IMG/VR virus record: IMGVR_UViG_3300036546_000362
Location: 1 to 24,704 of that record
DNA from: a virus
Lineage: Duplodnaviria; Caudoviricetes
Direction: 5' to 3' (one strand)
Length of the DNA stretch: 24,704 nt
The notes under the pieces were generated by a model that saw nothing but the letters and a program-made list of their open reading frames with translations, was not told the DNA's origin and did no database searches. Positions 6,846-16,088 of this stretch are shown here, piece by piece; positions within the stretch are counted from its first letter, which is position 1, and every line of letters starts with the position of its first letter. The position numbers and the translations under genes were made by a program.

Positions 6846-8013
6846 GAAAACCAATACCGCTTTTGAATCAATCGCAGCGCTGTCTGCTCAAACCGGCCAC
6901 TTAGTGGCTGAGGGCGAGTCGCTGGCGGCGCTCAACTTTACCTTGGCCGCCATCGATGCCGATGCCAGTCAAAACATTGCTCGTCGGGTGCAGCTGCTGC
7001 CCGATGGCCTGTTTTCGGCCAAGGATGGCCGCCCTTTTGACGTTGATAGCGGTAAGTGGCTAATGGACGAGGTGGCCTTTGCCATGCTGCAAGCCAATGC
7101 TGCCGCCCGCGAAAACGACTTTCACTTTGATTACGAACACCAAACCCTCAATGCCGATGAGAACGGCAAGCCCGCGCCTGCCGCTGGCTGGTTCAAGCAG
7201 TTGGAATATGTGCCTGGTGACGGGGTATTTGCACTCGATGTCGACTGGACAGCACCTGCAGCCAAGTTCATTGCCAACAAAGAATATCGCTATGTTTCGG
7301 CCGTATTTGCGTATGACACCCAAAGCGGCCGTCCCACCCGTTTATTGCATGTGGCCCTAACCAATGATCCCGCCCTCGATGGCATGAAAGCCATTGCCGC
7401 GCTCAAGGCGTGCCATATACCCCGTTCCGCTTACAACTCCACAGAAGGAAACCAACCAATGACTGAAGCACTCAAGCTCTTACTGGGCTTTCTGGGTATT
7501 GATAACCCTGGCGACCTATCCAATGAAGCGGCGCTAAAGGCTGCGACCGATAAGGCCGAAACCGCCATCGCTGCACTCAAAACCAAGGCTGACCGTGCGG
7601 GCACCCTGGAAACCGAACTTAATCAGGCCAAGGAGTCTGTTACCGCGCTTAAGGCTAAAGGCGTTGACCTAAGTCAGTATGTGCCTAAAGCCACCTATGA
7701 CGCCCAGGTAGAGGCTTATGCTGCGCTTAAAGCCGGTAACGACAAAGACTCTATCGCGCAGTTACTCAAAGATAACGCCGACAAGGTGTTTGAATCAGAA
7801 ACTGAATACCTCACCCATTTTGCCGAGCAACAAGGTGTCGCCGCGCTCAAGTCGATGCTGGAAGCTCGCCCGGCGATTGCGGCGCTCAAAACTACCCAGA
7901 CCCAGGGTAAAGACAAGCCTGACGGCAACCAGGATGAGCTGACTGCCGAAGAACTGGCAGTGTGTAAAAACATGGGCATTACCGCTGAAGAGTACAAGGC
8001 AGCAAAAGCCTAG
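6844..8013 (+). CDS. Prohead protease (Mu gpI) with C-terminal scaffold region
   Basis: Motifs VQLLPDG.F...DGRP, FDYEHQT, PAPAAGW, VDWT..A...I..KEYRYVSAVF and LLHVALTNDPALDGM. Start at 6844 chosen from promoter geometry (6823 is the alternative). Confidence 0.92.
   Translation: MKTNTAFESIAALSAQTGHLVAEGESLAALNFTLAAIDADASQNIARRVQLLPDGLFSAKDGRPFDVDSGKWLMDEVAFAMLQANAAARENDFHFDYEHQTLNADENGKPAPAAGWFKQLEYVPGDGVFALDVDWTAPAAKFIANKEYRYVSAVFAYDTQSGRPTRLLHVALTNDPALDGMKAIAALKACHIPRSAYNSTEGNQPMTEALKLLLGFLGIDNPGDLSNEAALKAATDKAETAIAALKTKADRAGTLETELNQAKESVTALKAKGVDLSQYVPKATYDAQVEAYAALKAGNDKDSIAQLLKDNADKVFESETEYLTHFAEQQGVAALKSMLEARPAIAALKTTQTQGKDKPDGNQDELTAEELAVCKNMGITAEEYKAAKA
7459..8013 (+). CDS. Scaffolding protein (Mu gpZ equivalent), in-frame internal start within gene I
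   Basis: Internal SD GAAGGA (7444-7449) before in-frame ATG 7459 (MTEALKLLLGFLG...), right after the protease domain; Ala/Lys-rich helical sequence ending ELAVCKNMGIT.EEY. Confidence 0.75.
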   Translation: MTEALKLLLGFLGIDNPGDLSNEAALKAATDKAETAIAALKTKADRAGTLETELNQAKESVTALKAKGVDLSQYVPKATYDAQVEAYAALKAGNDKDSIAQLLKDNADKVFESETEYLTHFAEQQGVAALKSMLEARPAIAALKTTQTQGKDKPDGNQDELTAEELAVCKNMGITAEEYKAAKA

Positions 8014-8082
8014 GCCTGCTCCTTTAATCACGCTGCGCGCCATGGCGAGCAGTCTCTTAAACATTACAACAGGAGCCTAACC

Positions 8083-8481
8083 ATGGCGTTAACCAAAGAC
8101 AGAGGCACGCCGCAACGTGCCAACGATTTACACAGTGACCCAATGGCGGCGGCAGTGAAGATTTATGCCGGTGCGATTGTGATGCTAAACGCAGCGGGTG
8201 AAGCGGTACCGGGCACAACGGCCACGGGCTTAACCCCTCGCGGTGTCGCCCAGACACAGGAGGATAACAGTGCAGGTATCGCGGGGGAAAAGATCATTGT
8301 CAGCCGTAATGGCTGCCACCGCTTTGTCAATGACGGCAGCATCACTCGCGCCGATATCGGTGCCGCTGCTTATGTGGTGGACGATGAAACAGTGGCCAAC
8401 AGTGACGGTGGTGGAACCCGCAGCGCCCTTGGTGCCATTGTCGATGTTGAAGCCGTTGGTGTGTGGGTGGATATCGCCTAA
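8083..8481 (+). CDS. Capsid cement/decoration protein
   Basis: Small Gly/Ala-rich protein (KIYAGAIVML, DIGAAAYVVDDETV, GVWVDI) between protease and major capsid genes; SD AGGAG. Confidence 0.7.
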   Translation: MALTKDRGTPQRANDLHSDPMAAAVKIYAGAIVMLNAAGEAVPGTTATGLTPRGVAQTQEDNSAGIAGEKIIVSRNGCHRFVNDGSITRADIGAAAYVVDDETVANSDGGGTRSALGAIVDVEAVGVWVDIA

Positions 8482-8533
8482 AGCCTGAGCTTAGCGAGAA
8501 CCAGATTTAATAACGTATTAGAAGGAATCAGCA

Positions 8534-9427
8534 ATGATCATTAACAAGGCCAATTTATCGACCCTGTTCGTCGCCATTAAAACGGCGTTTAACAAGGGGT
8601 TAAAGGATACTACGCCCACTTGGCAAAAAGTGGCGACGCTGGTGCCGTCCACCACTGCCAGTACTACCTATGCCTGGCTAGGCCAGTTTCCACGCCTGCG
8701 TGAATGGCTTGGTGATCGTCAGCTAAAAAGCCTGGCTGCGCATGCCTACAGCGTGGTTAACAAGAAGTTTGAATCGAGCGTGGCTATCCCTCGTGACGAC
8801 ATCGATGACGACACCTATGGCGTGTTTACGCCACTGTTTGAAGAGATGGGTTATGCGGCAGCGACCCACCCGGATGAGCTGGTGTATGCCTTGCTTGCAG
8901 CAGGTTTTACCACCGAATGTTATGACGGTCAGAACTTCTTCGACACCGACCATCCTGTCGGTAATGAAGATAACGGCATTACCTCGGTCAGCAACATGCA
9001 GGCGGGTGCAGAGTCGCCTTGGTTCCTGCTTGATGTTAACCGTCCCATCAAGCCTCTGATCTTCCAGCGTCGCCGTGACTACGCCATTAAGGCTATGACC
9101 AAAGACGATGACGAAGCGGTGTTTATGCGCGACGAGTACCGCTATGGCGTCGATGCACGGGTGAATGCAGGCTTTGGTTTGTGGCAGTTGGCCTTTGGCT
9201 CTAAGGCAGTGCTTAATGAGGCCAACTTTAAGGCGGCGCGTACCTCAATGAAGAGCCTTAAGTCAGATGAAGGTCGCCCATTGGCTGTGATGCCTAAGCT
9301 GTTGGTGGTTGGCCCAAGCAATGAGTCTGCCGCTGAAGCCTTGTTCATGACGCGCACCTTAGCGGGTGGCGGCGACAACCCGCTGTACAAGACGGTTGAA
9401 GTGTTGGTGGTGCCTTGGCTGGAGTAA
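8534..9427 (+). CDS. Major capsid protein (Mu gpT family)
   Basis: Motifs YAWLGQFPRLREWLGDR, NKKFESSVAIPRDDIDDD, CYDGQNFFDTDHPV, KPLIFQRR and YGVDARVNAGFGLWQLA. Confidence 0.96.
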   Translation: MIINKANLSTLFVAIKTAFNKGLKDTTPTWQKVATLVPSTTASTTYAWLGQFPRLREWLGDRQLKSLAAHAYSVVNKKFESSVAIPRDDIDDDTYGVFTPLFEEMGYAAATHPDELVYALLAAGFTTECYDGQNFFDTDHPVGNEDNGITSVSNMQAGAESPWFLLDVNRPIKPLIFQRRRDYAIKAMTKDDDEAVFMRDEYRYGVDARVNAGFGLWQLAFGSKAVLNEANFKAARTSMKSLKSDEGRPLAVMPKLLVVGPSNESAAEALFMTRTLAGGGDNPLYKTVEVLVVPWLE

Positions 9428-9478
9428 CCCTGGCATAGCTTTACCAGGATAAGACTGAACCCAATTAATTTCTCTCTT

Positions 9479-9516
9479 GGTGGGTAAGTTTCAGTGTTTG
9501 CTTACCCACCTTCTTT
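9479..9516 (+). terminator. Intrinsic terminator/attenuator after the capsid gene
   Basis: Perfect 10-bp stem GGTGGGTAAG/CTTACCCACC with a 12-nt loop, followed by TTCTTT. Confidence 0.6.
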
Positions 9517-9535
9517 AACTCGGAGCATACATGCA

Positions 9536-9979
9536 ATGGCTAAATTACTTCCTACAACGGCTGTTATCGTTACCTGTTTGGCCCACAGCGGCTATCGCCG
9601 TGCGGGTGTGGGGCTGGCTAAAGGTGAAAACCGCTTTGAAGCCGACACCTTCACTGAGGCTCAGTTGGCACAGCTTTGTGCCGATCCTCGTCTCAAAGTG
9701 GTGGCAGCAGATGCCGGTGAAACTCAGGCAGATACATCAACACTTTCGCAAGGGGCCTTGGCATCAGCAACAGTGGCTGGGGGCGTAAGCACTGGCATGA
9801 GCTTTAGTGATGCGATCGCCACACTGAACCCTGACGACAAAGCCCACTTTACCGGGGCAGGTAAGCCCCAGTGTGATGCATTGTCAGAGCTAATGGGCAA
9901 GCCGGTGACCGCCAGCGAGCGCGATGAACTGTGGGCCGAGCATTTGGCGGCTAAGCAGACTGAAAGCGAGGCTGAGTAA
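9536..9979 (+). CDS. Mu gp35 / HI1506-like protein
   Basis: GYRRAG...FTEAQLAQLCADPRLKV motif; position between gpT and gp36; start ATG 9536 after GGAG. Confidence 0.7.
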   Translation: MAKLLPTTAVIVTCLAHSGYRRAGVGLAKGENRFEADTFTEAQLAQLCADPRLKVVAADAGETQADTSTLSQGALASATVAGGVSTGMSFSDAIATLNPDDKAHFTGAGKPQCDALSELMGKPVTASERDELWAEHLAAKQTESEAE

Positions 9980-10404
9980 TGCCTTACGCCACGGCTGAGC
10001 AAATGATTGAGCGTTTCGGAGAGCAGGAGTTAACTGCGCTTACCGATCGCGATGGCACAGCGGGCGGCGTTGTGATGGCGGCACTGGATACGGCGATTAA
10101 CGATGCCAGTGCCATCATCGACGGCTATTTGGCAGGGCGTTATGCCTTGCCTTTGGCTTATCCGCTACCCGCCCTTACTCGCTTATGTTGCGATATGGCT
10201 CGGTACGGGCTGTATGACGATTCCGTTTCGGACGCGGTGGCCAAGCGCAATGATGATGCTGTGCGTTTTCTGGAAAAGGTGGCTCAAGGCAGTATTACCC
10301 TTGGCGTGAGCAGTGAGGGCGCACAAGCCGTTTCTCAGGATATACCCGAAATCCAAAGTGCAGGCAGCGTGTTTGCCAGGCCAAGCAGTAAAGGGTTTAT
10401 CTGA
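9979..10404 (+). CDS. Head-tail adaptor (Mu gp36 / DUF1320)
   Basis: Motifs MPYAT..MIERFGE.EL..LTDR, DASAIIDGYLAGRYALPL, CDMARY.LY and A.RFLEKVA.G.ITLG. Confidence 0.9.
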   Translation: MPYATAEQMIERFGEQELTALTDRDGTAGGVVMAALDTAINDASAIIDGYLAGRYALPLAYPLPALTRLCCDMARYGLYDDSVSDAVAKRNDDAVRFLEKVAQGSITLGVSSEGAQAVSQDIPEIQSAGSVFARPSSKGFI

Positions 10405-10826
10405 TGCAGGATATTGTTGCGTTGCTCAAAGCCAGGCTGAATCCGGCAGATGCTCTTTGGGTTGACGTGGATGGCCTGGCGCAGCTGTCAGCGCTGGATG
10501 GTAAAACCAAGGCCCGCCTTCCTAAGTTGTTTGTGATTGAACTTAGCGAGCAGGCTCGCCCTGATGTACGTGGCAGCGGCCCTTATCTGCAGTCATTGCA
10601 GCTTGAGGTGGGCGTGATTTGCGTCATGGCCAATATCAATGGCACTCCCGGCAATTTGACACCCATGCGCGATCAGGTACGGCAACGTTTATTTGGTTGG
10701 GCACCGAGTGCTGAACATGAACCTCTGGCCTTGGCCGGGGGACGCTTATTAAAACTTGGTGATCGGTATATCGCCTGGCTTGACCGCTTTATGACTGAAT
10801 ACACCGCAGATGCTAATCACCCCTAG
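10404..10826 (+). CDS. Putative tail terminator/completion protein
   Basis: Position between adaptor and tail tube, 140 aa; pattern VRQRLFGWAP...PL.L.GGRLL.....IAW.D.F.T. Confidence 0.7.
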   Translation: MQDIVALLKARLNPADALWVDVDGLAQLSALDGKTKARLPKLFVIELSEQARPDVRGSGPYLQSLQLEVGVICVMANINGTPGNLTPMRDQVRQRLFGWAPSAEHEPLALAGGRLLKLGDRYIAWLDRFMTEYTADANHP

Positions 10827-10849
10827 CTGGGGCTGAGAGGAGATAAATC

Positions 10850-11755
10850 ATGGCCCGTAAATTTAGAAAGAAAGCCTTGGTGTTTGCCACCGAAGCCACT
10901 TATGGCATCGATGCCATCGCAGCCGCGCAGCCCGCTACGGCAGTATTGGGGCGTGAGGTTAAAATCACGCCGTTGGCGGGAGAAAATACCGCCCTTGATT
11001 ACGATGATGGCAATTTAGGTAACAGTGCAGAGATTGCCACCGAAACGTATGTATCGCTTGAGTTCGGGGTGGACTGGGCTGGCAGTGGCGTTGCCACGAC
11101 TGCTCCGGCTTATGCGCCTTTGCTCGATGCTTGCCTGCGCAAAACTACCGTTAAAGAGTCGAGTGTGGAGATGGCCATCGATGAAGCGGCTACCACCTCG
11201 ATCACCATGTATTTTTACCTGGATGGTGCTCTGCACGCACTGGTGGGGGCACGCGGTAGCTTTAAGCTAGAAGCCAAGGCCAAAGACTTTCCCAAGATCA
11301 TGTTTACCTTCACCGGGCTGTTTGTTCCTGTGAGTGCTGCGGCGATGCCGGTGACTGACTTTAACGCCTGGAAAACTCCTTTTAAGGTAGGGGCCGAGTA
11401 TTCCTCCTGTGCCTTAGATGGCAATGCCATCAAGTTGATCAGCTTTGAGTATGACCAGGGGAATGAAGTTGTGCACCAGGAATATGTCGGGCACGAAGAA
11501 GTGATCATCACCGATTACCAGCCTAGCGGTAAGTTAGTGTTTGAGGCCGATACCTTGGCCAACTTTGACCCGTTTGCGGCTAATACCGCGGTGTTGCCGT
11601 TCAACCTCAGTCATGGTGAGGCAACCAACCAGGTGATCTTTGCCACCACTCAGTTGCAATTGGGTCGCGCCGAGTATGGTGACCAAGATGGCACCTTGAC
11701 CTATGAGATCCCTGTGCGACCACTGAGTAACCTCGATCTGCTCACGACCAAGTAA
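10850..11755 (+). CDS. Major tail tube protein (non-contractile tail)
   Basis: Motifs EATYGID, GSG.A.TAPAY.PLL.AC and H.LVGARGSF; strong SD GAGAGGAG; followed by chaperones and tape measure, with no sheath gene. Confidence 0.82.
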   Translation: MARKFRKKALVFATEATYGIDAIAAAQPATAVLGREVKITPLAGENTALDYDDGNLGNSAEIATETYVSLEFGVDWAGSGVATTAPAYAPLLDACLRKTTVKESSVEMAIDEAATTSITMYFYLDGALHALVGARGSFKLEAKAKDFPKIMFTFTGLFVPVSAAAMPVTDFNAWKTPFKVGAEYSSCALDGNAIKLISFEYDQGNEVVHQEYVGHEEVIITDYQPSGKLVFEADTLANFDPFAANTAVLPFNLSHGEATNQVIFATTQLQLGRAEYGDQDGTLTYEIPVRPLSNLDLLTTK

Positions 11756-11787
11756 CCCTATCCAAGACTCAGTATTAAGGACATATC

Positions 11788-12126
11788 ATGACCAATGCGT
11801 TTGTATTTAGCCCTGTTCGTCAGGTAAAGCAGTGGCCGGCAGTGATTAAAGTCGCCGGTGACGGCGGCAAGGTGACGGAGCTTGAGATCTATCTCGATCT
11901 CAACTTGTTACCTACCGACAAGTACATGGACAAGCTCAGTGAAGGTAATAAAGTCTTGTTCGACGCTATTCTTAACACCTTCAGTGGCATCAATACACCT
12001 GAAGGTACTCCGCTGAAAGACACTGACGAAAACCGTGCTTTGTTGTACCAGCATGCGCCCTTCACCGATGCGCTGCTGCATGCTTACCGTGCAGCCAACA
12101 CGGGTGAGGCCGCAAGAAAAAACTGA
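11788..12126 (+). CDS. Tail assembly chaperone (lambda gpG-like, short form)
   Basis: Between tube and TMP genes; ends ...AARKN on the slippery heptamer A AAA AAC; SD TAAGGA. Confidence 0.8.
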   Translation: MTNAFVFSPVRQVKQWPAVIKVAGDGGKVTELEIYLDLNLLPTDKYMDKLSEGNKVLFDAILNTFSGINTPEGTPLKDTDENRALLYQHAPFTDALLHAYRAANTGEAARKN

Positions 12127-12458
12127 TAGAAGGTGTGCGCGAACTGTATTTGCGCACACCCACATCACAAGCCGAGCAGCGACAGTTGGATAAAGAGCTG
12201 CAGCTGCTTGGTATTCAAGACACCCCACATGTGGAAGATGCCCCCATTGTGTTTTGGGATGAACATAAAGCGGCACTGGATTGGTGGTGGCAGGTGCAAG
12301 ATTTGCTGCGCTATAACGAGTGCGTTTGCATGGGGTTAGACGTGCTGGCGGTAAAGGCTGACAGTGAATTAAGTGGTCGCGAAGTGAAGGTAGAGGATTA
12401 CCACAAGCTACGGCTCATTGCTCACACTGTGACCCAGCTCTTTAATGAAAAGCTGTAA
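12123..12458 (+). CDS. Tail assembly chaperone -1 frameshift extension (lambda gpT-like, DUF1799-like)
   Basis: The -1 frame is open from the slippery site (CTG ATA GAA GGT GTG CGC...) into ORF 12135-12458, with the W....LRY....MGLD pattern. Confidence 0.75.
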   Translation: MIEGVRELYLRTPTSQAEQRQLDKELQLLGIQDTPHVEDAPIVFWDEHKAALDWWWQVQDLLRYNECVCMGLDVLAVKADSELSGREVKVEDYHKLRLIAHTVTQLFNEKL

Positions 12459-12509
12459 CACACGCTGAGCCCTAAGGTATTACCCATAGCCAAGGTTGAA
12501 CGCTAGATT

Positions 12510-15404
12510 ATGAATGATTTAAAAGTCGCCCTAACCCTGACAGCTGATGGCAAACAGTTGGTCGCCACTGTCAACGAGACCAAAGTCGTTGTATCTAACC
12601 TGAATACCAAGCTGGGGCAAACCAAAGGCGCCAGCAATCAGGCTCAACAGGGGTTAAACCAGCTGGAACGGCAGTCTGGAGCCACAACCGCGACGCTTGC
12701 CCGTATGCGTAACATGGCCGTGGGTGCGTTTGCCGGTTTGTCTGCAATTAACCTGGGGCAGAAGATCTCCCAGGACTTGGCCGCATTTCAGGATGTACGT
12801 ACCCGTTTACAAAGCCTGTCGGGCACCACGGCAGCCTATGCCGCCAATGAAAAGTACCTGCTACAACTGACCCGTGATCATCATAAAGAGCTTATCCCCT
12901 TAGCTGATAACTATGCTGCCATGCTCAACCTGGTTGACTCAGGCTTATTGACGCAAACGCAGTCAAGAGCCATTTTGGAAGGGATGAGTAACGCTCAGTC
13001 AGCGTTGGGGGCGAGCTCTGTTCAGCTTGGGCAGTCCATGTATGGCCTGTCACAGGCATTGGCCTCGCCGATTGTGCGCGCCGAAGAGCTTAACCAGTTG
13101 GTCGAACCTATGCCTGGCCTATTAAACAAAATGGACCGAGCTGCGGGTCTTAGTGCAGGTGGCTTTAGGCAGATGGTACTCGATGGCAAAGTGACCTCTG
13201 AGTTTTTGCGCAATAACCTCATTAAAGCGCTGCAGGACTACAGCGGTGCCGCTGCGGCCACGGCGGCCAACATCAGCGCCCAAACCCGCGACATGAAAAA
13301 CGCCTACCAACAGTTATTAGTGGCGTTTGAAAGCCCGATTAATGACAGTTTAACCCCGGTTTTATCAACCATTACCGACGGCTTAACCTGGGCAACGGAT
13401 AACGCTGATACGTTGCAGCAAGTGTTCGGTGGAGCCTTGGTGGTAGCGCTGACCCGTGCCAGCCAGGCAGGGCTGAGTTATACCGCCGTTGTTGTCAATA
13501 AAATTAGGGTTGAGCAACAGGACAGACTGGCAACCATCGCCAGTGCCGAGGCTGAACTGCATAGAGCCACAATTCAACGCGGCGCGGTATTAACAGCAGG
13601 TCAAGCAGTGGTAGCTGAAGCCAGGTTAACCGCAGCCAAACAGGCACACACCATTGCTACCCAGCAAGCAACATTTGCGACACGTGCCTTTAATGCGGCG
13701 ACGGCATTAGTCGGTGGCCCAGCTGGTATTGCCTTGATGGCCGCATCTGGCATTGCCTATTTTGCATGGAGTGCCAATCAAGCAAAATTTGATATCTCAG
13801 ACTTAGATAGCGAAGTGGATCAGCTACTAGGACGGATGGATAAAATAAAAGCCAGAAAGTTAGATTTAGGCATCGAAAAACAGAAGAAGCATATCGCAGA
13901 GATGACTGCTGAATATAACCGTTTAGCTTATGCCCCAGCTGAGCAACTGTCGATTGTTCAGCAGTTATTTACCAGCGAAGAGCAACTTAGAGAGTCCCAA
14001 CGTAAGAATAACCGTGAAAAGGCAGCTCAATTAGCTCTATTAAGCACTAAGATTGACCAGGCTAAAGCTGACCTAGAGGCATTGAACAAGGAGCAAGACA
14101 AGGTAAGTAACCCACCTAAATCAGGTGAGAAAGTGGACAAAAATCAACAACAGCTGCTGGATAATCTCACTAAGCAAAAGATCTTATATGGTGAAACCAG
14201 CGAGGCGGCCAAGGTGCGTTATGAGATAGAGCATGGTGCGTTGAAAAGCCTCGATCCTGTCATTAACGCCAAGATACTACAGGCGGCCAAAGAGTTGGAT
14301 GCCGCCAAGGCCAGTGCCGATGCCAATAAAGATGCTGCCGATGCTGCAAAGGAACAGGCCAAAGAGCTAAAAGCCTTGTTGGCAGTGCTCGACCCTGTGG
14401 GTACCGCAGCAGATGAGATGGCCGCCAAGGAGCGCCTGCTAAAGGCTTATTTTGAGCAAGCGAATGTGCCGCTTGAACGACGCAAGGCATTGCTGGCGGC
14501 TTTACAAAGTGAATATACCAAGCCAACAGAATATCAGCAGCTGCAGAATCAACTTGATCCTCTGCATGCAGAACAACAGACCCACCAGAATAATATTGGG
14601 GTTATTGATGCTGAAATTGCGCAAACGCCTGAAGATGATGTGGCAAAGTTAGCCTACCTGAATAATTTGAAGTTAGCCGAAAATCAGCGCTTTGCGGATG
14701 CTATGCGTGAGATTGAAGGTGGGTTGACATTGGATATTAAAGCCATGTGGACAGATACGGCTAATCAGTTTGCCAGGGGAATGGGCCAAGCGACAGCAGA
14801 TGCGCTGATGGAGTCCAAGAGCTTAAGTGAAGGCATGCAAAGCTTAGCTAAAGGAGCGGTGAAAACGGTTATCGCAGGGTTGGTTGAGATCGGCGTTAAA
14901 AAGCTGGCCATGGCTGCACTGGATAAAACCATTATGGCCAGTACCGCAGCAACGGCTACTGCCACGGCGGCGAGTACTGGTGCATCAGTGACCGCTTCTA
15001 TGGCCCCTGCAGCGGCCACCTCATCTATCGCTACCTTTGGTGGCAGTGCGATGGCGGGCATGGCCGCCATGATTGCAGCCATGGCCATGTTGCCGATGAT
15101 CATAGGCAAGTTTCACGGCGGTGGCACCATTCCACGGGAAGGTACCTATCTGCTCGATGGTGGTGAAACCGTGTATACCCGCAAGCAACAACAAACACTA
15201 ATGAACGCCATGAGCGCCAGTGCCAATGGTGCCAGTGGTCGGAAACAGCTCAACATTGAGCAGTACAACACGATTGTTGTGAGTAACCAATCCGAGGCAG
15301 CCAGTTTACAAGATGTCTTGCCTCAACTTGTCTCGATGACCAAGAGCGCAGTGGTAGAAGATCTTAATAATCGGGGTGATGTGTGGACAGCTAGCCGGGG
15401 ATAA
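12510..15404 (+). CDS. Tail tape measure protein
   Basis: 964 aa, Ala/Gln-rich and helical; tape-measure motif LSQALAS..VRAEELNQLVE.MPGL; LVGGPAG; C-terminal FHGGG...GTYLLDGGE.V. Confidence 0.92.
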   Translation: MNDLKVALTLTADGKQLVATVNETKVVVSNLNTKLGQTKGASNQAQQGLNQLERQSGATTATLARMRNMAVGAFAGLSAINLGQKISQDLAAFQDVRTRLQSLSGTTAAYAANEKYLLQLTRDHHKELIPLADNYAAMLNLVDSGLLTQTQSRAILEGMSNAQSALGASSVQLGQSMYGLSQALASPIVRAEELNQLVEPMPGLLNKMDRAAGLSAGGFRQMVLDGKVTSEFLRNNLIKALQDYSGAAAATAANISAQTRDMKNAYQQLLVAFESPINDSLTPVLSTITDGLTWATDNADTLQQVFGGALVVALTRASQAGLSYTAVVVNKIRVEQQDRLATIASAEAELHRATIQRGAVLTAGQAVVAEARLTAAKQAHTIATQQATFATRAFNAATALVGGPAGIALMAASGIAYFAWSANQAKFDISDLDSEVDQLLGRMDKIKARKLDLGIEKQKKHIAEMTAEYNRLAYAPAEQLSIVQQLFTSEEQLRESQRKNNREKAAQLALLSTKIDQAKADLEALNKEQDKVSNPPKSGEKVDKNQQQLLDNLTKQKILYGETSEAAKVRYEIEHGALKSLDPVINAKILQAAKELDAAKASADANKDAADAAKEQAKELKALLAVLDPVGTAADEMAAKERLLKAYFEQANVPLERRKALLAALQSEYTKPTEYQQLQNQLDPLHAEQQTHQNNIGVIDAEIAQTPEDDVAKLAYLNNLKLAENQRFADAMREIEGGLTLDIKAMWTDTANQFARGMGQATADALMESKSLSEGMQSLAKGAVKTVIAGLVEIGVKKLAMAALDKTIMASTAATATATAASTGASVTASMAPAAATSSIATFGGSAMAGMAAMIAAMAMLPMIIGKFHGGGTIPREGTYLLDGGETVYTRKQQQTLMNAMSASANGASGRKQLNIEQYNTIVVSNQSEAASLQDVLPQLVSMTKSAVVEDLNNRGDVWTASRG

Positions 15405-15495
15405 TTGACTCTGGAGGGATTTGGAAAGATACCAATTGTAATCAAAGGCAGACAGGGATATCTTGCCTTATCTCTTACTTTACAAAGGATGTGAG

Positions 15496-15999
15496 ATGGC
15501 GTCTGAATGGACAACTCCCGAAATGATCATTGCAATGTCCTCTGTTGTCATTGCGCTGTGTGCTTTGGGCACTTCTTTCTGGCAGGGCTATACAACAAGG
15601 CAGCATAACAAGCTTTCAGTCAAGCCAAGCTTGAACTTGGGATATAGTTTGTCTAAGCACTCAAGCTTTATTGGAATTGAAATAAAAAATACTGGGATAG
15701 GCCCTTTAATTATTAAAAACGCCACAATTTCAAAGGGTGGAAAATCTTTCAAAATTTCTGATGGGAATTTTAAGGAACTATTCCCAGCATTATGTAATGA
15801 AGATTTTCATTTTAATTTATTAAGCCAAAACTATTGGCTGTTACCTGGTCAGGGGGTTTGGGTGGTCAGTACCGCTGGACACCAGCATAACCCAGAGTTA
15901 ATGCACCGAATGGACTATGAACTACAAGGAGTATTGATTGAGGTTGACTTTGAGTGCATCTATCAAAATAAGTACTCTGGAAGAATGCATATAAGTTAG
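15496..15999 (+). CDS. Moron: AT-rich protein with N-terminal transmembrane anchor, unknown function
   Basis: AT-rich insertion between TMP and tail-tip genes; MIIAMSSVVIALCALGTSFWQG hydrophobic segment, then a beta-rich domain (IEIKNTGIGP); ATG 15496 after AAGGA. Confidence 0.75.
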   Translation: MASEWTTPEMIIAMSSVVIALCALGTSFWQGYTTRQHNKLSVKPSLNLGYSLSKHSSFIGIEIKNTGIGPLIIKNATISKGGKSFKISDGNFKELFPALCNEDFHFNLLSQNYWLLPGQGVWVVSTAGHQHNPELMHRMDYELQGVLIEVDFECIYQNKYSGRMHIS

Positions 16000-16008
16000 T
16001 GACCTAAT

Positions 16009-16058
16009 CCCGAAACCCTTCCAATCCGAATAAATCCTAGAGCCAGTCACAATGGGGC
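16009..16058 (+). promoter_or_regulatory. Second putative activator-dependent late promoter (tail-tip operon)
   Basis: CCCGAAACCCTTCCAATCC-N20-CACAAT-GGGGC; 17/19 identity to the 6793-6811 box with the same spacing. Confidence 0.75.
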
Positions 16059-16088
16059 ATCACTTTTCGATGTTCACTATGACTGGCT

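Noticed and set aside
9494-9535. GTG start at 9494 for the gp35-like gene
   Set aside because: It lies inside the terminator loop; ATG 9536 follows GGAG.
12133-12339. 68-aa Cys-rich ORF
   Set aside because: Alternative frame over the chaperone frameshift extension, with no independent support.
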